DNA from: an uncultured Alphaproteobacteria bacterium
Lineage (GTDB): Bacteria > Pseudomonadota > Alphaproteobacteria > RF32 > CAG-239
DNA: 64,000 nt
Assembly: GCA_949297145.1 (NCBI GenBank)
Contig: CASFQO010000011.1
Location: 52,148-116,147, forward strand
Reading direction: 5' to 3'
Of the stretch, positions 21,145 through 30,468 are shown one piece after another. Positions within the stretch are counted from its first letter, which is position 1; each line of letters opens with the position of its first letter. The position numbers were made by a program, and so were the translations under genes. The notes beneath the pieces were generated by a model. It was not told where the DNA came from. It did no database searches and saw only the letters and a list, made by a program, of their open reading frames with translations.

Positions 21145-22942
21145 CGACAAACTCCGTATTTTGTTAAAACGCTCGTTAATCATCTTCAGCGCCAACATCT
21201 TTTTATTTTTCGTTTTAGTCGGCCGTTTATATTATCTGCAAATTTATCAAAAAGAAAAATATGCCCTCTTAGCTGACAGTAACCGTTTCTCAACCAGACT
21301 TTTAGTTCCACCGAGAGGAAGCATCAACGACCGCAACGGTGTCGAATTAGCCACAAACATTCAAAATTTTCAAGCCCTACTGATTGCCGAACAAGTACGC
21401 GGAGATATCAACAAGTTACTTGAAGAAATCACCCCTATCCTAAAACTGACACCGGAAGACATTGAGCAAATCAAAAAAGATATTAAGAGACACCGCCGCT
21501 TTGTCCCTGTCAAGATAAAAGATAATTTAAGCTGGGATGAAGTTTCCACTCTCATGTTAAATAATCACCGTTGGCCGGGGCTGGTGATAGACCAAGGCCT
21601 AATCCGCTATTATCCGTTTAAGCAATATACGGCCCACCCTCTCGGATATGTCGGGTCTGTATCTGAAAAAGATTTACAGCAATCAGATGCCCCTTTGCTT
21701 CAAGTACCGGGATTTAAAATTGGCAAATCCGGATTTGAAAAGACGTATGATGAAAGCCTCCGCGGCAAAGAAGGAAGCCTAAAATATGAAGTCAACGCCT
21801 ACGGACGTATTATGCGTGAAATAGAAAAAATAGAAGGAACAAAAGGTGAAGATTTGAATTTAACCATAGACATCCGCCTTCAAAAAGCAGCCTTTGATGC
21901 CTTTGGAGACGAAGCCGGAGCAGCCGTTGTTTTAGATGTTCACACCGGAGAAATATTAGCATCCGTATCCACTCCATCATTTGACCCCAATTTATTTGTA
22001 GACGGCATCTCTCAAAAGAATTGGGATGCTTTGCTTTATGATGAAAAGACGCCTCTGACCAACAAAGCCATTTCCGGACAATATTCCCCTGGTTCTACTT
22101 TCAAAGTCGTTGTTGCTTTGGCGGCATTGGAGGCCGGTGTGATTGATGAAAAGACCGATTATTTTTGCTCTGGAAAAATGAAGTTGGGTAATCACCTGTT
22201 CCATTGTTGGAAACACTACGGACATGGACACCAAACTCTGGTTAACGCCCTCAAGAACTCCTGTGATATTTATTTTTATGAAACAGCTCTGGAGTTAGGG
22301 ATAGAAAAGATAGCCGCAATGAGCCGCAAATTAGGCTTAGGCACAACCTATGATTTAGGATTAGAAAATCAAAAGAAAGGCGTTATTCCGGATAAAGCTT
22401 GGAAACGGCAACAATTTAAAACCGGTTGGCAAAAAGGTGAAACCGTAATTGCAGGCATTGGCCAAGGTTATGTCCTCGTCACTCCGACACAACTTGTGAC
22501 CATGCTGGCAAGAGTAGTCAACGGCGGCTATGAAATAACCCCAACCTTCATTAAAAGACCAAATAACGAAGCGCCAAAGTCTTTACATCTTAATCCGCAC
22601 GACATCTCTTTGGTAAAACAAGGGATGTATGAAGTGGTAAACGGCAAAGGCGGAACGGCAACCCGTGCGAAACTAAAGATTAAAGGTATAGAAATGGGCG
22701 GCAAAACCGGAACGACACAAGTCCGCCGCATCAGCTTAAAAGAACGTGCCGAAGGCATAAAAAAAGATGAAGATTTACCTTGGAAATATCGTAACCACGC
22801 CTGGTTTATGGCCTACGCGCCACACGACAATCCCAAATATGCCGTTGCCGTCATTGTTGAACATGGGCGCTCCGGTGCAGGAGTTGCTGCCCCGATTGCT
22901 TCAAAGATTCTGGAAGAAGCCATAAAGTTAGACATCAGATAA
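21131..22942 (+). CDS. mrdA: penicillin-binding protein 2
   Basis: PGSTFK (SxxK), SCD, KTGT motifs. Confidence 0.96.
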   Translation: MKKSNDKLRILLKRSLIIFSANIFLFFVLVGRLYYLQIYQKEKYALLADSNRFSTRLLVPPRGSINDRNGVELATNIQNFQALLIAEQVRGDINKLLEEITPILKLTPEDIEQIKKDIKRHRRFVPVKIKDNLSWDEVSTLMLNNHRWPGLVIDQGLIRYYPFKQYTAHPLGYVGSVSEKDLQQSDAPLLQVPGFKIGKSGFEKTYDESLRGKEGSLKYEVNAYGRIMREIEKIEGTKGEDLNLTIDIRLQKAAFDAFGDEAGAAVVLDVHTGEILASVSTPSFDPNLFVDGISQKNWDALLYDEKTPLTNKAISGQYSPGSTFKVVVALAALEAGVIDEKTDYFCSGKMKLGNHLFHCWKHYGHGHQTLVNALKNSCDIYFYETALELGIEKIAAMSRKLGLGTTYDLGLENQKKGVIPDKAWKRQQFKTGWQKGETVIAGIGQGYVLVTPTQLVTMLARVVNGGYEITPTFIKRPNNEAPKSLHLNPHDISLVKQGMYEVVNGKGGTATRAKLKIKGIEMGGKTGTTQVRRISLKERAEGIKKDEDLPWKYRNHAWFMAYAPHDNPKYAVAVIVEHGRSGAGVAAPIASKILEEAIKLDIR

Positions 22943-22952
22943 GGAAAAGGAC

Positions 22953-24086
22953 ATGGCAATCATATTAAATCAAAATCAAGAACTGAGCTTAAAAGAGCGT
23001 TTCTTTAATCTGAATTTCGTATATATACTCATACTCTGCCTCTTAGCCATGATTGGCTGCCTAACTTTGTACTCTGCAGCCGGAGGCAAAATAACACCCT
23101 GGGCTCTGAACCAAGGAATTCGCTTCGGCATGGGCTTATGCGTGATGATAACAGCCGCCATGATAAAACCGGAATTTTACTATAAAATAGCCACGCCTTT
23201 TTATTTATTTACCTTGTTTTTGCTGCTTGTCGTAGACGTTGCCGGTCACACCGGAATGGGCGCGCAAAGATGGATAAATTTAGGCTTTTTCAAATTACAA
23301 CCATCCGAATTGATGAAATTGGCAATTGTGTTGCAATTAGCGCGTTATTTCAGCAACACACCGCTTGAAGAAATTAGAACGATACGCGGCATAATCGTTC
23401 CGATTATCATTGTGGCTGTTCCGGTTGCCTTTATCATGATACAACCGGACCTTGGAACATCTTTAATGGTGCTATTCTGTGCCACTGCATTATTTTATTT
23501 AGCCGGCATACAGTGGTGGAAATTTGGGTTAGCATTAGGAGGAGTTGCAGCCGCTGCCCCAATTTTATGGCATTTTTTGCATGATTACCAAAAGAATAGG
23601 ATTCTAACCTTTTTAGATCCGGAACGTGACCCGCAAGGTGCCGGCTATCACATCATCCAAGCAAAAATAGCCCTTGGTTCAGGCGGAGCATGGGGAAAAG
23701 GATTTTTATCAGGAACTCAAAGCCATTTGAATTTTTTACCGGAAAAACATACTGACTTTATTTTCACCATGTTCTCCGAAGAATTTGGAATGATTGGGGG
23801 AATTGTCATCTTATTCTTAAATCTAATCCTCATCAGCTACGGATACTGGTTTGCCTTTAGAATCCACCCCTCCAACTATTTTGGCAAGATGGTCATCTTA
23901 GGGCTTAACACAAACTACTTCTTATATGTATTTATCAATGTCGCAATGGTCATCGGCTTATTACCGGTTGTAGGCATTCCCTTGCCGTTAATTAGCTACG
24001 GCGGCACGGTAATCATTTCGGTAATGGCAAGCTTTGGCATCATGCAGTCGTTCTATGTCAACCGCGACCGAGAGTTAAAAAAATAA
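22953..24086 (+). CDS. rodA: rod shape-determining protein RodA
   Basis: GAQRW, QPSE, QPDLGT, PEKHTDFIF, SYGG. Confidence 0.96.
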   Translation: MAIILNQNQELSLKERFFNLNFVYILILCLLAMIGCLTLYSAAGGKITPWALNQGIRFGMGLCVMITAAMIKPEFYYKIATPFYLFTLFLLLVVDVAGHTGMGAQRWINLGFFKLQPSELMKLAIVLQLARYFSNTPLEEIRTIRGIIVPIIIVAVPVAFIMIQPDLGTSLMVLFCATALFYLAGIQWWKFGLALGGVAAAAPILWHFLHDYQKNRILTFLDPERDPQGAGYHIIQAKIALGSGGAWGKGFLSGTQSHLNFLPEKHTDFIFTMFSEEFGMIGGIVILFLNLILISYGYWFAFRIHPSNYFGKMVILGLNTNYFLYVFINVAMVIGLLPVVGIPLPLISYGGTVIISVMASFGIMQSFYVNRDRELKK

Positions 24087-24153
24087 TCTCCTGCATTGAA
24101 AAAGGAAGAAGAAAGCATACATCTCCCGATAGAGCAATTATCGGAGAAGAAAG

Positions 24154-24564
24154 ATGTTAAACATTTCAAAATATTTGGTATTAGCCATCATTTTAAGCAT
24201 AAGTGCCTGCGCCACACCACAAAAGTACACCGCCCAATTAAATCAAGAATTAGGCAAAACATCCGAACAACTTATGAATACCTTTGGTCAGCCTGTAAAA
24301 ATAAAAAAGCTTGCTAACGGCGATAAAATTATCACCTATATCAGTATAAACTATCAAGTTCTGCCGGATCCGAACTATTACTTTAACACCGGCCTAATGA
24401 CCGAAGATGAAATGTTCTATCCCTTTACCTATGGCGGAGCAGAAATTCCGGTCGGTAATTTTATGGGCGAGACGATTACCGAATATTGCAAAACAGACTT
24501 TTACCTAAAAAACAACATCGTCACCTCATGGCAATGGAAAGGAAACGCCTGCGTTGCATTGTAA
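24154..24564 (+). CDS. putative lipoprotein
   Basis: Lipobox ISAC; G.P motif; C-terminal W.WKGN.C; SD GGAG. Confidence 0.75.
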   Translation: MLNISKYLVLAIILSISACATPQKYTAQLNQELGKTSEQLMNTFGQPVKIKKLANGDKIITYISINYQVLPDPNYYFNTGLMTEDEMFYPFTYGGAEIPVGNFMGETITEYCKTDFYLKNNIVTSWQWKGNACVAL

Positions 24565-24574
24565 CAAGATAAAA

Positions 24575-25552
24575 TTAAGCATTAACATTTTGGCGACCGG
24601 CACGTCGAGCCGCAACCAAAGCATTGATATCTAAAGTCTTTGCTTGTTCTAAGACCTGTTTAGCGGAAGCTCTGTCAAAACTTTTATTTTGATATTGATA
24701 TTTACCGCATAAAATATTCTCGCGCTTTCGGCAATCTTCAAAATTTTTTTTCAGACTTTGCGCCAAATTTTCCCGATTAACTTGCGCCACATTTTTATCT
24801 TCAACAGCAATACCGCTTTTATGCAGCATATCCACAAAGCGTTGCCGCACTTCAGGACTCATTCTCTTCAAAGCAGCTTGCTGCGGTTGTTCGCGCAAAT
24901 ACTCAACCATGGCTTTCTTTTGTTCCACATCAGACAAACCACCGAGCAACTGAGCCGCTTCATTTTCCATTTGGCTTATTTTCATAAAAGATTGAGACGT
25001 TTGTCCGTTTTTATCGGCACGGCGTCTTTCTCTGTCAATTTCCTTAAACAAATGCACAATAAATTTTTCCACGTGGTTTTCTTTCCAATCTTTTTGGATA
25101 GCCTGTTTATCACTTTCACGTGTCTGCAACCATAACTTCATTTGTTCATCCGTCAAAGCACCACCATGGGCAGCTGCCAACAAAGCCTCTCTTTGCCGTC
25201 TGTTTTCTACCATAACAGCCACCGTCTCGGCCGCATACCCAAGAGCCAACAAGCTAACACTATAATTTAAGAGTTGCTGGGTTTCCTTTTCTTCATTCGC
25301 CAACTTTTTTTGTTCTTCTTCCACAAAATCTCGAACTGTTTCATTGCCGTTCAAGACATCCGGCGGCAAAACATCACGATACTCATTTTTAATCCATTCT
25401 GGAATATTCCTCCAAATCTGATAATGTTTTTCGTGTTTAGAAAGAATAGCATTAATAACATCATCCGGCACATCATCAGCCGTTGCACGCCGATAATCAT
25501 CCGGATAATTAGCATATAAGAATCTTTCAAAATCACCCATTGAGTTAGCCAT
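24575..25552 (-). CDS. orphan helical protein with Arg-rich tail
   Basis: 325 aa; promoter TTGATG-N17-TATAAT and SD GAGG. Confidence 0.75.
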   Translation of the reverse strand: MANSMGDFERFLYANYPDDYRRATADDVPDDVINAILSKHEKHYQIWRNIPEWIKNEYRDVLPPDVLNGNETVRDFVEEEQKKLANEEKETQQLLNYSVSLLALGYAAETVAVMVENRRQREALLAAAHGGALTDEQMKLWLQTRESDKQAIQKDWKENHVEKFIVHLFKEIDRERRRADKNGQTSQSFMKISQMENEAAQLLGGLSDVEQKKAMVEYLREQPQQAALKRMSPEVRQRFVDMLHKSGIAVEDKNVAQVNRENLAQSLKKNFEDCRKRENILCGKYQYQNKSFDRASAKQVLEQAKTLDINALVAARRAGRQNVNA

Positions 25553-25675
25553 AACACCCTCATTAGAAACATAATTGCCCTTAATTTAAAAAGATTATAC
25601 CACAAAATTTATCTATCATCAACAAAAAAAGTCCCTCAGCAAAAAGCTGTAGGGACCATTAAAAAAGAAATAAAA

Positions 25676-26047
25676 TCACCGCTGAGGTTCATCAAGTTTA
25701 CTTTCAGCATCCGGACCACAATATTTATTCAAATAAAAGGCCCCCCACAACACCAAAATAGCACCAAACAGCAACACCGCTAAATAGAAATAGCTGGCTA
25801 TCTGCTGACACCCAAAGACAAAGAACCACCTACCGCAAAACAAAAGCAACAAAATAAAATTGAGCAACTTTGTACTCAACGATTGACTGTACTTTAAGCT
25901 CAATGCAAAAACTTCTGCTGCTCCGGTTACTGCTGCAAATAACAACACCAATGCTGCAATTTTATCAATCCAAAAAGAAAGAACAAAAAGCAACACACAT
26001 GCACTGATAACACATCTGGCCATCAGTCTAAACTGATTTTTTTCCAT
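25676..26047 (-). CDS. hypothetical membrane protein (about 4 TM)
   Basis: 123 aa; promoter TTGATT-N17-TATCGT; terminator hairpin at about 25624..25656. Confidence 0.65.
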   Translation of the reverse strand: MEKNQFRLMARCVISACVLLFVLSFWIDKIAALVLLFAAVTGAAEVFALSLKYSQSLSTKLLNFILLLLFCGRWFFVFGCQQIASYFYLAVLLFGAILVLWGAFYLNKYCGPDAESKLDEPQR

Positions 26048-26222
26048 ACCTAATAATTTTTAGATTAATTTTTTAATAATTCAAAACTGACGGCACGATA
26101 ACAAACTTAAATCAAAAAATCAAGCCTGAAAAAAACATTTTTTTACCTTAAATTCTATTTTTATATTCAAAAAAAGCTGCACAATTGTACAGCTTTTCTT
26201 TAAACACAAAACGAAGTATGCG

Positions 26223-27830
26223 TTACAAACCACGTCCGCTCTTGCTCAACCATACAGCATGAACCAAATCCGCAACATTGATAGGTTTCTGAACTTCGAT
26301 TCTTGTACGCGTATTTTCAACTTCATTATCTTGTCTCAACAAGCTAACCAATCCTTTAACCGGAATATGTGCCATATCCGGACGATTGCTAACCTCATAC
26401 TGAACTTCATACAAATTTTTACGCAAAATTTCCAAAGCCAACATAGGTTCACGCTCGCTATGTCCTTGCAAGAAAGCTCTTGTCGCGGCTTCAATCATCG
26501 GAGCAACAGCCTGATTAGCCCAAGCTTCTTGCTCTGGATTGGTAACATTTTTATCTGTACCGTTTGCACGTTTAACAATTTCACCTGTAGCCGCAAAAGT
26601 TTCCGCCACCACCGGTCCCAAATATCCGCTGATAGAACGATACATACCAGCAACATCGCGCGTTTCCGGATACTTAACTTTTCTGGCCTTAACAGATAAT
26701 CCAGGTTCCCCTGCAAAGTCCAAAAACTTCAAATCATTATCTTTGGTAACCAAAACTTGCCCAAGGTGAAAATCCCCATGCACACGAACAATAGAACTTT
26801 TGGCTTCGCCGTTATTTAATTGTTCAACTTTATGATGAATAAAGTTATGCGTCAAATTATCCCAATTTTGCAACAAATCTTCAGCTTGAACTTTTGTATC
26901 TCCATCCAAATTTTGAAGATTTTGAGCAATTGTTTTTTCCGTTTGATACAACAAAACAGCCAAATTTTTCTCATACTTATAAAGATAAGCATCATCAATC
27001 AAAACCGGTTCAAAATCGGGATTACCATCTGGACGAGAAAGACACTCAGACATTTCCGCAGTTTTACGTCCGAGATTGCGCATCATTTCCAAAAATTCTT
27101 TATGATCCGCAACATTAATTTTATCTTGTCCGTTAGCCTGAGCCTCTGTTAAAGCACCAACTAAATAATTGTTAGCATATTCCCACAGGTCGCCGCGATT
27201 TGGAACAAACTCTTGAACAATACCCAATGTCGCAATTTTGCCGTCTGGCTCTTTCATAATAAAAGCACCATAGGTTTTAGGCATAGCCGAACATCCTGCT
27301 TCCATCAACTTAGCATTCATTTCCACTTCAACGCTAACCCCATAATCACTTTCAATCATACGATCTTGTTTAAAAGCAATATCCTCGCCGACACGAATTG
27401 TTGTATTACTTTGTTCCACATTCAACGGTTTAGAAGAAGCCTTCAAATTATCTTGAACAACCTCTTTTTCACCGATACTATGATATTTAACCACAGCCCC
27501 ATTATGAAACGTAACAGAATTATTATTTTCCTTAAAAAAGTTCATCAAAGATTTCCAATAATCCGGAGCTTTCATTGCATCAAAATATTCTTGACCGTTA
27601 ATTGTGACACAATCAACACCATCCATACGTCCTTTAGCCAAAGGCATAAAGAATTTCTTTTCAGAACCATCGTCAAATTTAGCTGTTCCCAAAGTAAAAA
27701 ATTTACGTCCGCCATCAAACGGGATGGCATCTAACTCTACATCTGCAACTTTGCCGTCAGCAATTTCTTGCTTAAAACCGCACCATCTTTGTGCACGAAT
27801 GTAGTTAATAAGTTCATTATTTCCTTTCAT
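26223..27830 (-). CDS. maltokinase (Mak/Pep2 family)
   Basis: QRW cap, EQSNT, RVHGDFHLGQVL, DFAGEP, RDVAGM.RS, YEV.YE..NRP. Confidence 0.88.
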   Translation of the reverse strand: MKGNNELINYIRAQRWCGFKQEIADGKVADVELDAIPFDGGRKFFTLGTAKFDDGSEKKFFMPLAKGRMDGVDCVTINGQEYFDAMKAPDYWKSLMNFFKENNNSVTFHNGAVVKYHSIGEKEVVQDNLKASSKPLNVEQSNTTIRVGEDIAFKQDRMIESDYGVSVEVEMNAKLMEAGCSAMPKTYGAFIMKEPDGKIATLGIVQEFVPNRGDLWEYANNYLVGALTEAQANGQDKINVADHKEFLEMMRNLGRKTAEMSECLSRPDGNPDFEPVLIDDAYLYKYEKNLAVLLYQTEKTIAQNLQNLDGDTKVQAEDLLQNWDNLTHNFIHHKVEQLNNGEAKSSIVRVHGDFHLGQVLVTKDNDLKFLDFAGEPGLSVKARKVKYPETRDVAGMYRSISGYLGPVVAETFAATGEIVKRANGTDKNVTNPEQEAWANQAVAPMIEAATRAFLQGHSEREPMLALEILRKNLYEVQYEVSNRPDMAHIPVKGLVSLLRQDNEVENTRTRIEVQKPINVADLVHAVWLSKSGRGL

Positions 27831-27946
27831 AAAAAATCTCCTATTGATAATAATAAGTTTAAATTGGAACGAATAGAGTAGATTTCAATACAAATTTAGA
27901 AAAAGAACTAAAACTGTTGATAAAAATGAAGGGTTTAGAAGTAGTT

Positions 27947-30157
27947 ATGTCCAAAATAGAAGAATTAGCCAAAATTTCCGGCATATCATCCGAATACATA
28001 GACAAAACAGGAAAAACGCATTATACGACAGACGATGTTCGTCGCTGTTTTTTAAAAGACATGGGGTATGAAACAGATTCCGATTCCTCACTTGACTCAA
28101 ACATAAAAAAGCTTGACGAAAGAGTTTGGAAAGACGGCGTTGACTATGTCAATTCATTCTTCACAGATGAAAAAGATACCTCTATTAAGTTGTATTTACC
28201 CGAAACAGAATTAAAGAACGCAGTTTCCTTTGAATTGGAAGATGAAAAGAAAAACATCACCAAAGGTGCATTGTCACTGGCTAATCTACCGATAGAAGAG
28301 AAAAAGAATATTGATGGCACACCTTATGCAATGGTAAAAGCCACCTTTTTCAAACAGCTTCAACCGGGATATTACACCCTTCGCATCACCATAAACAATC
28401 GCACCATGGAAACAATGATTATTATGGCAGAAACCAAATGCTTCTTAGAAGAAGGCGTTTCAGAAGAAAAATTCCGCGTATATGGGCTTGCTATTCAACT
28501 ATATGCTCTACGTTCTAAAAACAATATGGGCATCGGTGATTTTACGGATCTAAAAAATATCATCAAACTGGTCGCAAAAAACGGCGGTGATGTTGTTGGA
28601 GTTAACCCTCTCGGAGCCTCGTTTCCGGAAAGCCGAGACGATGTTTCTCCTTATCGTATTTTAACCAGAGCCTTTTTAAACTACGGATATATTGATTTAA
28701 AAGCTGTTCCCGAATATCAAGAATCACCGGAAGTTCAGACACTGGCAAACTCTGCAGAAATGAAAGAACAAATTGAACATCTGCGTAGTTTAGATAAGGT
28801 TGACTATCTGGGGGTATACAGAGTAAAAATCAAACTACTGAAAGCTATGTATGCCTACTTCAAACAAACACATTTAAATATGAGCAAGGGAATATCCGAA
28901 CGAGGCACGGCTTTTCAAAATTTTGTAGCCTCAAAAGGAAAACCTTTTGCCAATACGTGCTTATTTGAAGCAATACTTGAAAAGTATAATGAAAACGGTT
29001 TACATAATGATTGGCGCTTTTGGCCAAACAATTATGACAAGATAAATTCTTTCCACACGAGAGATTTTGAACAAATCAATCGCGATTTAATTCAATTTTA
29101 TGCATATTGCCACTGGCTTGCCGATCAACAACTGGCCGAAGCAGCAGATTTATGCAAACAACTTAAGATGAAAATTGGTTTATATCTTGACTCACCGATT
29201 GGCGCCGCTGCAAGCGGGGTAGAAGTTTGGGAAAATAGAGAACTCTTTGCCGAAAATATGGGTATTGGTGCCCCAGCAGACCCGATGCGTCCACGTGGAC
29301 AGAGTTGGGGCTTTGCACCATATCATCCGCAAAAATTGCGCCAAGCCCACTATGCGCCGTTTATTTCGCTAATTAGAGAAAATATGCAACACGCCAAAGC
29401 CTTGCGTATAGATCACGCCATGGGTTTAATGCGTTTATTCTGGGTATATTTTGTAAAAGACAATCCGGTTGTTCAAGGCGCATATGTTTACTATAACATG
29501 AGAGAAATGGTCGCCATTTTATCGGTAGAAAGTCATAGGGCTCAATGCATGGTCATCGGCGAAGATTTAGGCACCGTTCCAGCAGGCTTCAGAGAATATA
29601 TGTATGAACATGGATTGATTTCCAACAAGGTATTTTTCCGCCAAAAAGATAAAGATGGAACATTCTTGGCTCCAGAAAAATATCAATACCTATCCTTAGC
29701 CCAAGCCAGCACCCACGACCAAGCCACCGCCTATGGATATTGGCTGGATGAAGACATCAACACCTTCAATGCATGCCATTTATACGTAAATGAGGAGCAA
29801 TATCAAAGCAACCTTGAAACCAGGGCTAAAGAGCGTGCTTTGCTGATAAAGGCTTTTGAGGAACAAAAGACATTTCCGTCAGAAGAATGCAAAAAAGACG
29901 CTGAAGCAAAATTGGATGGTAAAAGCGTACCAGAAAAATTGGAATACGCCGTCAATAAATATGTTGCGCGCTCCAACAGTGCCATTTTCCTCCAACGTAT
30001 AGAAGACATATATGGTCAAATAGCCATGGAAAATGTCCCAGGCACAATAGCCGAATATCCGAACTGGCGGATAAAATTAACCATCAACGTTGATGACATG
30101 GATAAAGACAATCGTTTCAAAGCCATGTTTGACATCATACGTGGTGAACGTCAATAA
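27947..30157 (+). CDS. malQ: 4-alpha-glucanotransferase (GH77), copy 1
   Basis: QLYALRS, GIGDF, SPY, GAPAD, RIDHAMG, GEDLG, THD, YPNWR; start uncertain (27926 or 27947). Confidence 0.93.
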   Translation: MSKIEELAKISGISSEYIDKTGKTHYTTDDVRRCFLKDMGYETDSDSSLDSNIKKLDERVWKDGVDYVNSFFTDEKDTSIKLYLPETELKNAVSFELEDEKKNITKGALSLANLPIEEKKNIDGTPYAMVKATFFKQLQPGYYTLRITINNRTMETMIIMAETKCFLEEGVSEEKFRVYGLAIQLYALRSKNNMGIGDFTDLKNIIKLVAKNGGDVVGVNPLGASFPESRDDVSPYRILTRAFLNYGYIDLKAVPEYQESPEVQTLANSAEMKEQIEHLRSLDKVDYLGVYRVKIKLLKAMYAYFKQTHLNMSKGISERGTAFQNFVASKGKPFANTCLFEAILEKYNENGLHNDWRFWPNNYDKINSFHTRDFEQINRDLIQFYAYCHWLADQQLAEAADLCKQLKMKIGLYLDSPIGAAASGVEVWENRELFAENMGIGAPADPMRPRGQSWGFAPYHPQKLRQAHYAPFISLIRENMQHAKALRIDHAMGLMRLFWVYFVKDNPVVQGAYVYYNMREMVAILSVESHRAQCMVIGEDLGTVPAGFREYMYEHGLISNKVFFRQKDKDGTFLAPEKYQYLSLAQASTHDQATAYGYWLDEDINTFNACHLYVNEEQYQSNLETRAKERALLIKAFEEQKTFPSEECKKDAEAKLDGKSVPEKLEYAVNKYVARSNSAIFLQRIEDIYGQIAMENVPGTIAEYPNWRIKLTINVDDMDKDNRFKAMFDIIRGERQ

Positions 30158-30170
30158 GTCATAAAGAAGC

Positions 30171-30204
30171 AAAAAACAGCGCTATGTTGATAGCGCTGTT
30201 TTTT
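30171..30204. terminator. bidirectional terminator
   Basis: Perfect 15-bp inverted repeat AAAAAACAGCGCTAT-GTTG-ATAGCGCTGTTTTTT between malQ and the tRNA. Confidence 0.85.
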
Positions 30205-30216
30205 TGTGATATAGAA

Positions 30217-30293
30217 TGGTGTCAGCGGCGGGACTCGAACCCACTACCCACAGTTTAGGAAACTGTTGCTCTATCCTGATGAGCTACGCCGAC
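30217..30293 (-). tRNA. tRNA-Arg (anticodon CCT)
   Basis: Cloverleaf: acceptor GTCGGCG/CGCTGAC, anticodon arm ACAGT-TTCCTAA-ACTGT, TTCGAGT T-loop, encoded CCA. Confidence 0.95.
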
Positions 30294-30468
30294 ATAACAA
30301 AATATTTATAAGACGCTGTAAAATATTTTGCAATACATTTTACGGAGAAATCAGCACAAGATTTCACACGATTGATAGGCAATAAGCCACCGCAATTTAT
30401 AAAATTTTAAGCAATTCAAACTATACTAAACAAGATAAAAAACTTTTGCAATAACGGCAAATACTCTA

